A stretch of DNA of 64,000 bases from Chiloscyllium plagiosum (taxonomy: Eukaryota): positions 39,531,916 through 39,595,915 of the forward strand of contig NC_057732.1 of NCBI RefSeq assembly GCF_004010195.1, read 5' to 3'. The stretch's first letter is position 1, and each line of letters begins with the position of its first letter. A program made the translations under genes and the position numbers. Below, in pieces: positions 11,616 to 23,121 of this stretch. The notes below the pieces were generated by a model. That model had not been told where the DNA came from, did not search any database, and saw only the letters and a list, made by a program, of their open reading frames with translations.

Positions 11616-12747
11616 GTATATTTGAAAGGTGTTTGGAATCTAACCGTGATCCGCAGTGTTAAACTTTAATTGGTCTCTTCTAAATTGCTTCGATTAGATT
11701 ATAACTGTTGGGGGAAACAGATGCCAAATAACACACAGCAAGCTCCGGTATTCATTATTGTGGTGATAATCAGATCTTTTGTCATAAAATACAAATATTG
11801 ACCAGGTCTCTGGAATAGCTCTCAGCTCTTGCTCCTCTATTGCAGTAGCATCTTTTATACACTTTTATACCCGCATGCTGATCAAAGCGGGTCTTCGAAT
11901 AACGTCTCATTTGAAAGTCCTTGAGCGATAACTTGAACACCGAGTCTTCAGCATTGGGGGTACGCATGCTGCCCTATGAGCTGTAGTCGACATTGAGGAA
12001 ATTTTGTTCTCTTTGCAACTGAACTACCCTGCTCAAACCAACTTCATTTCACATTCACTGACCCAGTGAGTAGCCCATCCCACCCAAAAGAGACATGAAA
12101 ATGAATGTGCTGTTTTATATCTCTGATGTTTGACAGTGAATGCATGAGGTACAGTAACCACAATGATTGTGAGTGTTTCCATTCTTTGGTCATGCTGGCT
12201 TTATTCTCACAGCAGGTGAACATGATGTTCTTCTACCCTGACCTTCGCTGCCAGATGTTCTCCTTAGTAATTTGCCCACTCTTTCTGTTTTTCCTGGTAT
12301 TCTAATTCTATTAATAACGCTGCCATCTGCTTCTTAGTTTCTAGGTTCCCAGCATTTTCAAAGGGAGTCCTGGCTAGAATAGCTTGTATTGACTTGGTGA
12401 GTTTATATTCTCAAAAACTAAGAGGGTCACAGGTTATGGAATTGGCTGATCTTCTCTGTGGCCTTCAGAGTCTGCGTTAATGGAGAAGCATGTGGCTGGG
12501 TCTCTGTCTTCTGTTGATTGGCCCTTGTTTTAAATCTGCAAATGGATTTGCAGGTGATGGTCCCATTTGAAAGACGGACGGATGTTAAAGCATAACCTGG
12601 TTATAACTGTGAAAGAGCCAGCTCTTTTTTTTTTCAGTCACCCTCAGAACAAGCCCCTTTTTATACTGCAGATCTGATTCAAATTGAGTAGTATCAAGAA
12701 CCAGGAAATCTAGCATCAGATTCCATTCAGTGCAAGCTAATCCTGTA

Positions 12748-13290
12748 CAGGTAGTTCTGGGATGATAATCCTGTTGAAACGCACGTTTGGCTATAACATT
12801 GCTGAAGAATTAGGCAACTGTATTTTGGAGAATGCTTACCTTTGGCAATAGCACGATTCCAGCAGGGATCAGTTCATGCGATTTCTGGCACATTGCTTAT
12901 GTCTGTGTTCTTACAGTTCTGCGCACATGCCGGTACCCATGCATGCGCGACATCAGTGTCAGACTTGGTGCTGTTCTGCGCACGCGCTGATGTCACCTAC
13001 CAATAGAGTAGCTTTCTGTGAGAGGTGCTGTACAGAGAACAGCTTTCTTACATTTTCCAAACATATTGTGCTAAATTTACTTTTGTTTTGTTAATAAACA
13101 TGATTTCAGCCTTCACTCAGGCTGCAGTATATTTTGCATTAGACTTTTGGGTGATGTTTTTTTTTGTTTGAATGATAGTGATTTTTTTTTGATGGTCTGC
13201 CCCTAACCCAACTTTTCCCATCGGCTTCATTATTTCTATTAAGTGAGGTTTCACTGGAATGCAACTACAGTGTTATAGGAGAACTGCCTA
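12748..13290. mobile_element. Non-autonomous Tc1/mariner (pogo/Tigger-like) MITE
   Basis: TA|CAGGTAGTTCT ... AGAACTGCCTA|TA imperfect terminal inverted repeats with TA on both flanks; CpG-rich core; no transposase. Confidence 0.55.
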
Positions 13291-13489
13291 TATATCCATC
13301 ATAATTGAATTAACTTATCACAGGACAGTGTATTGGAGGGGTTTTTTGTTTTGCTTTCAAACATTGTGCTGATATGAACCCCTGACAACTTTTTAATAGA
13401 AAAGTAAAACTGGAAGAGTGTGTTTTCTGCTTTAAATTACCAAGAAGAATGTGACAGCTTAGATTGTATTGTGTTTTTTTTTTAGTTCC

Positions 13490-13830
13490 ATATAGAGTTA
13501 CACAATAGAGAAGAGGCCCATCGGCCCATGAGGTCTGTACTGTCAAAACTGCACTAAATCTACACTAATCCTACTTTCCAGCACTAGGCCCATAGCCTTG
13601 AATGGTATGATGTTAAGTGCTTATCCAAGTTGTTTTTAGAGGTTAAGATTACCCGCCTTAATGACCACCCCCCCCCTCCCCCAGGCTGGGCATTCCAAGT
13701 CCTGCTGCCACCACCACCTTCTGGGCTAAAAACTTCACCTCAAATCCCCTGTAAACCACCTGACCTTTGCCTTAACATTATTGCCTCTTGTTATTGACCC
13801 TTTGACTTAAGGCAACAACTGCTTTCTTTA
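13490..13830 (-). mobile_element. Old CR1 LINE 3' fragment
   Basis: CATAGAG..ACA..AGAAGAGGCCCATCGGCCC tail pattern shared with the other CR1 3' ends here. Confidence 0.55.
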
Positions 13831-14720
13831 GTTTTGTTTCTACGGTTCTCTGCCAAGCAAGGCATGTTAATAAATAGAAATTGTTTTGAGGAGTCCAAGT
13901 GAGGGACAAAGGACCTCAGCTCGGCCACTAAAGTTGAGAAGAATATGACGAGATGAGCAGAATGGCCTTGCATTTATGTAGCACCTTGATCATGGGGAAT
14001 CTGTGATTTACAGACAATCAAAAACTTTGAAGAGTAATGGCTGTTCAAACAGGTAAGTAGTTTGAAGGAAGTTGGAAACCTTTTAATATTTGCTGCCAAC
14101 TACAGCAATCTGATAATGTATCAATTAAGGGACAGATATTTGCCCCTAATTTTGGTCCCTGGTCGGTCTTTTTTTTTTGTGAACATTTCATCGACTAACT
14201 CCTCAGGCAGTTTATCTAGAGTTTTAGCTTAAGTCATATATGCTCACTTGGGAATTATGTGAACTTGCCTTTCGAAATGACATCCAAATCTTTGTTAAAA
14301 GAAACTAATCACGTTCACAAAACTGAAAACAAAAATCTATTTTACCCCTGCTTTAAAATTCAAATTTCCAAATCATGATATCGTAAACCTTCTCCAAAAT
14401 ATAGTCAAGACTGGAATGATACAAAACAAAACTTCCGTGGTTGTAGATCAGGATATATTCAAAAGATGTAACGATCAGCTTTCAGAAACTGAATTGTTCA
14501 CGGTAGTTGGTGTTTCTCAGTTTTGAAGCCCAAGGAAAGAATAGTCTAGTGCTGATCCTTTGTTTGACAGGTTGAGGATGCAAGTGGGTCAGTGGTCGTT
14601 ATCAATAGGAAGGAAAATGTATAGGATGGTGTGTTTAAAGCTAAGGTAGAGAGGGCATGGTAAAAATGGAATTTTGTTAGCTGACCTCCTGGAAACTTTA
14701 ACCTTTCTTGTTTCCCACAG

Positions 14721-14925
14721 GGATCTCCCTTCAGTCCTGTCCAGAATACGTCTTTGTACAGTAACAACATTGGGAATGCAGACAGCTCCAGCCTGAGAGC
14801 TCGATATCGATCTGCTCCTTCTGTGTACAGTGCACCCCTCACTCGAGATGAATGTCTGACTGATATGAAGTCTCTGGAGAAATTCCTTCGCTCTGAAGAG
14901 GAGAAACATGGTCGCAGTCAGCTGG
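14721..14925 (+). CDS. TMEM209: TMEM209 coding exon 5
   Basis: GSPFSPVQN...SSLRARYRSAPSVYSAPLTRDECLTDMKSLEKFLRSEEEKHGRSQL; 205 nt. Confidence 0.93.
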
Positions 14926-15740
14926 GTTAGTTGAGGCTTAATCTGTTCTTAAAATTCTGTGCTGTAATGTAATTTAATTATACCAGGTAGGGAGGAATCC
15001 AGAGGCCACAGCCTGATGTGTACAGTTAAGTCCCCATTATAAGTTTCATGTTGGTAATTTCATTGGGCCTGTGTTGATGTTTAGCATCAGGAGTTTTGTT
15101 TTGTCAAAGTAACTTTTATTCATATTGGGTCTGCAGTGGAGTCTAATGATATATTGTTATTTCGGAGTGGTCTGTTGCATTGCCTCACCCTCCAGTCACT
15201 GTTGAGAGGGAGGTTTGGTGAGCTGGAGGTAAGTGGAAAGACTCATCAAATTTTTTTGTATCTTTTTTGACGTTTTGTTTTTTAAAGTGGTCTCTTTGCT
15301 GAATATACGAATTTTGCAATGCAGAGTGTATTATTTAATTTTTTTTCAGATGTCAAAGATGTCAGAGCTTATGTACAGCTTTTACATAGTTATAAGGAGA
15401 AAATCTAAATCCGCTAACATTGTTTAAATTTAAGTTCCACACTTCAGGAATGTAACCACAACATGAGCGAGGAATTATTGTATGTGTTCACTGAGTTAGT
15501 TGGCGTGTTGTAATTGTTGATATCTCTAGATTAGGAGGGCACAAGGTCCTCTTCTTAATAGTTGCTTAGTTATCTCTGCTGTGTGGGCATTAGATGAGCA
15601 AGCGAATGTTGAGGGAATTAGGAAAGCCAAGGGGAAAGGCCTTCAGGAAAGGGAGTATAGTTCTTCCACAGAAGACAATGTCAGCTGACACATGTAGTTG
15701 CATTAGTGCACTAATTCAGACACTCGCATGTATAATTACA

Positions 15741-16140
15741 GAGAGAAAGTGAAGACTGCAGATGCTGGCGATCAGAGTCTAGTGTGGTGCTGGAAAGTAC
15801 AACAGGTCAGGCAGCATCCGAGGAGCAGGAAAATCGATGTTTCGGGCATAAGCTCTTCATCAGAAATGAGGCAGGTTTGCCGAGGGGCTGAGAGATAAAT
15901 GGGAGGAGTGTGTGGCTGGGGGAAAGGTAGCTGGGAATGTGATAGGTAGATGAAGGTGTGGGAGAAGGTGATGGGTCAGAGAGGAGGGTGGGAAAGACGA
16001 TGGACAGGTCAAGAGGGTGGTGCCTGGTTGGTGGATTGAGACTGGGATAAAGTGGGGAGAGAGGAAATAAGGAAACTGGTGAAATCCTCATTAATCCTGT
16101 GTGGTTGCAGGGCCTCAAGACACAAGATGAGGCGTTCTTT
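15741..16140 (-). mobile_element. Penelope-like element, family A 3' portion
   Basis: Colinear with 23540-23928; minus-strand hammerhead core CTGATGA-A-GAGC-TTAT-GCCC-GAAA at 15840-15863. Confidence 0.8.
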
Positions 16141-16231
16141 GACCATTTGACCTCAACCAATTTGAGCTGAGATCCAGTTCCACTTTCACAATCTAGACAT
16201 GCCTTAATTTCTAAAAATGTTATAACCTTAA

Positions 16232-16543
<312 letters not shown>

Positions 16544-17800
16544 TAGATGTTTGCGCTTAACTTCAGTCTGGCCAGGTGGCATGTCCTTAACAATGATCTT
16601 GCTCTTACTGAGGAGCATAGGATCCTTTTTTAGTATTGGACTTTACTTTTTTTTTGGCTGCTGCTGAACATGTTGGCATTCAGGCCAGTTCTGCAATTGC
16701 AGCATGTGGTCAGTATCCCTGTGCAACAGTGTCCATGTAAAATGTGTAACTTGGACATTAAATCTGTTCAGTCACACTCATTCAGCATGCTATAAGCATG
16801 ATGTACTTAGTCTGATGTTCGGTTAGGTATGTGGTGTGCTTCGAAAGCTGACACTCTGTACTGTATTTTCAGGCTTTTGGCAGTAGTTTTTTCTGCTTTC
16901 ATGTTACATTGAAACTACAGTGAGCAAACAGGCCACTGGGTCCAAGCAATCCTTATGGAGATATTAGGAAGATTGCTTAGAAGTGTTTTTCTCCAGATGT
17001 TCCAATTCGACTTAAATTTCAGCCAACAATTACAATTTAAGAAGAGGGACAATTTTCCCTCTTCTGGCAATAATGAAATAGTAAATCTATTTTGCCTTCC
17101 TCTGGCCAATATTTCACAGCGTGAAGATTCATTTAAAGATCATTACGTCTTGTCGTACTCTTTAATTTCCATATATGTAAAAGGAGTGCACAACTCTGTG
17201 ACTGAATGGGTAGAGATGGCAAGCTATCTATGGAGTAGATATGTGCCTCAACATCTTTGACTTGCCTTAGCTCCATTTCCCTTGATATCCTTGTCCAGTT
17301 TAAAAGAAAAGCTGTTCTTCTCAGACTTCTGCTGAATGGGAAAGAAGATAGGCAGGAGAATGAAAGGTGCTGAACAGAATAATCTGCCAAAAGTGGGGTT
17401 TACAGCCCACCACCCAATGGATGGCTGGACAGGTGGAAGAGATGCCCCACAATCAACCCCAGTCTGTGTAAGGGAATGCCACAACAACTGGGGGCTATGT
17501 CATAGGTTAGATAGGAAACAATTTGGTGCTTTCATACCCTTGATTGCTACCCAGCAGCCCCAGTAGGAGGGTCTGCTTGTTTGGGTGCCTCATAGGGATG
17601 GGACTTGGCTGTAATGACGCTACTTTTCTCCAAGTGCCTGAAAATCTATGTTTACCTCTGGACAAGATTGCATTTTAGAAAAGGCGCTCTTGGAAGTTAC
17701 TGGCACCCAACTAGGATCAATCATGGAGATAAGAAGGGAGTGGGAATTTGTTGAGTTGTGGGATTGACCATGACTTGAATGCTATTCCTCTGCCTTATAG

Positions 17801-17872
17801 GTGTGGATTAGGCTGAATATGAGTCGACAGCAGTTGGACCTCCTCGATTCTTGGACAGCCAACCTGAGGAAT
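17801..17872 (+). CDS. TMEM209: TMEM209 coding exon 7
   Basis: VWIRLNMSRQQLDLLDSWTANLRN; TTATAG acceptor and GTAAGT donor; 72 nt. Confidence 0.95.
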
Positions 17873-18751
17873 GTAAGTAACTGTTCAGGGCTGTTTGCTC
17901 ATTTGGAACTTAAGGCCCTCTTTCGGCATCAAAAGCCATCAGATTCGAGTGAAAGGATCTAGTTTGGCCCAATCTTCTAGTTGTGGGGTGTAGTCTGAGC
18001 CCTTTCCACTCCAGTTTAAAGGTACCTCTTCCGATTTCTCTGGCTGTCAAGATTGAGAAATTGGAATGTCCCAAGTTGAGTACTTTGACAATGTCTGCGA
18101 GGAGGATACAATTTTGATGTGGGGATGAATATAAGGTTGAGGAAGCTGTTGCCTGAACCATGTTTATTTCAATGTACACTTGATTTCTGTTTTTCTGGAA
18201 CACTTCTCAATTAATACACCCAAAAAAATTGTGTATTTAACTAAGACTTTCCTTATTACCTTCATAACATTTAGATGTTAATAAATATTAAATGTAGGTA
18301 GGTCTACTTCCTTAAAGACTTTCAGGAGTGCATGGGTTCCAGCTAGAGTTACAGGTCTGGATATATTTGGTGTATTCACATGGAATTTTTCTTAGCTGAT
18401 TCTTGCACTCAGCAAATTATCAGAAGTAGTCCCAGATGATGAAAGTTGGCTTTTTGTGTAACTGAATATGAGAACAGGAGAGGGCCACTTGTTACAAGAT
18501 AAGGGAACATTTACACGACCGTTTTGTTGCCATTGGTCATTTGAACCTCTTTCATCCTAGTTTGCTGCTTTTGCTCCATACCTCTGTATATTCTGTTTTC
18601 CAAACGTTTGTCTTGTTTAAACTTTATTTTGATGGTAATATGGGGCAAATTGCTCCACATTTGATTAACACTGCAGAGATGTTTGCATGACTTGCTTTTA
18701 TTTCATATGACTTGGACTTATTGTGCCCTCTTATGTTTTGTCCATATGTAG

Positions 18752-18862
<111 letters not shown>

Positions 18863-19301
18863 TAAGGATGTAACTGCCCCCAAAGCTTGCCATCTTTAAG
18901 TGGCAAGTAATTGACCCACGCCAATCAGAGGTCCCCATGAAACTTTCCTGGTCTAGATAAGTTTGCTGATGTTGGCCCAGATGGACCGAAGACTGCAAAA
19001 ATTGTCTCCAGTGACCTGTGGGGTTTGAGGAAACGTGAAAATTCTGATTAGATTACTCCATGCATTTGCCAGATGTGTGACACTGTGTAACTGCATAAAT
19101 GCCTCCATGCAGCATTGCTTTTTTTGGTTGTGATGGAATGGGATAAAATGTGTCTGTGCTGGGGGATGTTGTTTTGGTCTTTGTTCAGCATCTGCCCATT
19201 GAATTCTCTATAGAACAATCAAAATGGATGTTAGGACCAAAAACAGTGTTACAGGAGCCTCTGGCTTTGAGAATTTTAGTTGTATCTGAAATAAACCCTA
19301 A

Positions 19302-19490
<189 letters not shown>

Positions 19491-20332
19491 TAGTTCAGTT
19501 ACAGAATTGTTATATTGCAAAAGGAGGTCAATTACGACTGCAATGGATCTCCAATGAGCATTATGATTTGATGTCATTTGCCAGCCTTTCCTCCTTGCTG
19601 TTGTTTCAATGTAAATAATCATTCTCTGCTCTAAGGAATGTCTCAATTGCCTCTGTCCCCCACCACCACCTAGGCAGTGTAATCCTGAACCATTCATTAC
19701 GTGAAAAAACATTTCCACTGAGTACGTTTGTGATGTTTGCAAGTCTTTTTTAAATCTGTGCTGTCTTGTTTTATGAGTAGAAACTGTGTCTATCTATTCA
19801 ATCCAAAGCTCCATGATTATGAAAACATCTATCAATGTCTTTGCTGCCTTCTGGCCAAGCAGAACAGTCCTGACCCCTCCAATCTATTCTCAACTGGACT
19901 TTGTCACTCTTGAAAGCATTTTTGTAATTCCCTTCTACACACTAAAATACACTCTCTATACGTTGTAGTTGGCCTCCTAGAACTGGACAGTGTTTCACCT
20001 TTGGTCTTAACAGTCTCTTGTAGCTTCAATATAACTTCTTTGTTCTTGAACTCTCTGCCCCTATTAATAAAGCAGAGGATACTATGTATTTTAACTGCTC
20101 TCCACCTGTCCTATCACCTTGTTATCTTTGCAAACATACAACCAAGTTCTTCTGCCCGACACTCATTGAGTATTATAAACCCTATTTCATATTTATCAAA
20201 ATGCATCACCTCACACTTCTTTGTATTGAGCTTCATTTGTCACCCATGTACCCACATTTTGGAGTTCTACACTGTCATCCTTGCTATTTAAGATGCTTTT
20301 GTATCATCTACAAACTTTGAAATTGGCCTCTA

Positions 20333-20735
20333 CACATAGAGTCATAGTCAGAGATGTACAGCATGGAGGCAGATCCTTCAGTCCAACCCATCCATGCCGA
20401 CCAGATTTCCCAACCCAATCTAGTCCCACCCGCCAGCACCCGGCCCATATCCCTCCAAACCCTTCCTATTCATATATCCTTCCAAATGCCTCTTAAATGT
20501 TGCAATTGTACTAGCCTCTGCCACTTCCTCTGGCAGCTCATTCCATACCCGTACCACTCTGTGTGAAAGGGTTGCCCCTTAGGTCTCTTTTATATCTTTC
20601 CCCCCTCACCCTAAACCTATGCCCTCTAGCTCTGGACTCCCCGACCCCAGGGAAAAGACTTTGTCTATTTACCTTATCCATGCTCCTCATAATTTTGTAA
20701 ACCTCTATAAGGTCACCCCTCAGCCTCTGACGCTG
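20333..20735 (-). mobile_element. CR1 LINE 3' end (same subfamily as 7551-9541), within older LINE debris at about 19500-20810
   Basis: Minus ORF RLRGDLIEVYKIMRSMDKVNRQSLFPGVGESRARGHRF. Confidence 0.9.
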
Positions 20736-20949
20736 AAGGGGCAAATCTGAATCATTAATGATTGTCAAGAAAAGTAAGGGGCCCAATATTGACCTCTGGA
20801 ACCTATTCCTTGGGCCTAACACTGCTATCCCCAGTGCAGATGTTTGGGGAAATGTTGTAGAGGGCAGGGAGTTTAAAATGTCTGAAATGTCTCTAGCCAT
20901 GTTACTTTGGTCATTAGTCATCTCTATTGAATCTTACAGTCCCATTTAA

Positions 20950-21150
<201 letters not shown>

Positions 21151-21664
21151 TAATTAGTGTAACAGAGCAACCTGTGGGTACGCGAGCAAGAATTGATACC
21201 TTTTTTGATTAGTTTCCTCCTCTCTGCTACTTAATAAAGGCCTGCTCCCCTGGTGGCTGATTTATTTGGATTGGGAGGGTTTAGGGCTTGTGATTGAATT
21301 GGTGACATCTTTTAATGTACATTATACTATACTCATTGAGCTGTCCACTGAATGTGTGTGCAATAAGATAGCAAAATAGTAACATCTTGCATTCTAAGGC
21401 ACCTTCACTGTCTTGAGATTAGAAGAAGGATCATGAAGGATGGATTTTCATAGCGTTTAAAAAGGAGGCAAGAGAAAATGAAGTGAAGAAATTTACAACA
21501 GGAATTTCAGTGAATTAGGCCGAGTTGCCAATGCTTGAATGAAGGAAGGGACAAGAGGTAGAAGAACAAATGGTGTGGTACTAGGTATAAACTGGAGGAA
21601 TTTGCAAACTAAACTGTTGATGCTTTTTACAGTGGAGTTCACTGCATGTTTTTCCTCTAGTGGA

Positions 21665-22060
21665 TTTGTTAATAAATAGCTTGCATTTTTGTAGTATCCT
21701 TTGTGACCTCAACATCCAAGCATGACTTTGAACCAGTGAAATGTAGTCACTGTTGAGGTGCAGCAGCCTATTACATACAAACTATCAAAAATACCTAAGA
21801 AATAATGACTGGTTTACTTCTGTTAATGTTGGCAAAACAACCCTCGGAAAACACTTGTGCTGCGTTTTGAAGGAGTGTCACACGAGAAGGTGGAGAATTT
21901 CGAAGTGTGATCCAAAAGATGGAACTTTTGACACTGCAGCATTCCTTTATTAGTGGTACTGAAGTGCTGACTGGCATTTTTGTATTTGGGTCTTTGCACT
22001 CGATCTTGAGTACTCAACCTTCTGGCTTGTAGAGAGAGCTAACTCTAAGCCAAGTCTATG
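21665..22060 (-). mobile_element. Old SINE, possibly DeuSINE/SacSINE1-like; related copies near 27170-27370, 33000-33200 and 45420-45725
   Basis: Degenerate GACA.TGCAGCA.TCC.TCAGTACTG..GTCAGCCT..TGTGCTCAAG..AACCTTCTGACT pattern recurs; the family name is from recall. Confidence 0.4.
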
Positions 22061-22469
22061 TGACAGTGTTGCAAATCCATTAGAAGGTTTAATGTTGCTG
22101 ACCTGACCCAAATGAATTAACAAAGTCACCAGTTCAAGCCCAATTGTGTCCACAGCAAACTTTTTCCCCCCTGAAGAACAGATTTTCCAATTCAATCTGA
22201 GTTAATTAATTCTCCTTAGTTCTCAGTTTATCTCTCTCTATTTCCTTAGATAAGGATCAATTATATAAAATCCAATGATTATAATAGCTGAACCAAGGTA
22301 AATAGTTGCCAATGTGTAGTTGGCATTTAAGACCAGGTCCAAAAATGGTGAGGATGAGAATATCAGTCACTATTTCCACTCTTGTTTCCTGTTCATTTGA
22401 ATCCTGCCAGGACGGAATGGATATCGTATGGGAATTTAGCACTGATATTTCCCAGAATCATTAAAAGAT

Positions 22470-22885
22470 AACACAACTGCAATACTGGAGATCTTAAACA
22501 AAAATATAAATTACTGGAAAAACTCAGCGGGTCTGGCAGTATTTGTGGGAAGAAAGCAGAGTTAACAGTTCAACAAATCTGGTGACTCTTCAGAACTAGC
22601 TGGACTCAAAACATTAACTCAGTTTTCTTCCCACAGAGAGCAAAAGTGAGGACTGCAGATGCTGGAAGCCAGAGTTTAGATCAGAGTGAAGCTGGAAAAG
22701 CACAGCAGGTCAGGCAGCATCCAAGGAACAGGAAAATCGACGTTTCGGGCAAAAGCCCTTCATTCCTGATGAAGGGCTTTTGCCCGAAATGTCGATTTTC
22801 CTGCTCCTCAGATGCTGCCTGACCTGCTGTGCTCTTTCTTCCTATAGATGCTGCCAGATCTGCTAAGTTTTGCTAGCAATTTTAG
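22470..22885. mobile_element. Penelope-derived family B element interrupted by a family A fold-back element (about 22638-22833)
   Basis: Inner near-perfect inverted repeat centred at about 22764 with CTGATGA-A-GGGC-TTTT-GCCC-GAAA at 22766-22789; degenerate TSD TTTCTTCC(C/T)A(C/T)AGA at 22624-22637 / 22835-22848. Confidence 0.8.
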
Positions 22886-23121
22886 CAAATCACTGGTGTA
22901 GAAGAAGCCAGGCTTGACCCCTTGAAGCTGAGATGATTAAATGACAGATTTGGGGGCTTTCAGAATCTTCAGAGATTTCAATAGTTTTTTAAAAAAAAAG
23001 ACTGTTTCCTGGATTCCAGTGGACTAGTAAACCAGTGGGGACACATTTAACTGTTGATGGCAGAAATCAGAGGGAAACAGTGAGGGGGTGGGTGGGTGAT
23101 GGGAATTAATGAGTTACTTTA

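Noticed and set aside
22738-22765. A second complete hammerhead on the minus strand of the palindrome
   Set aside because: The minus arm reads GAATGA rather than CTGATGA because the inversion truncates the core.
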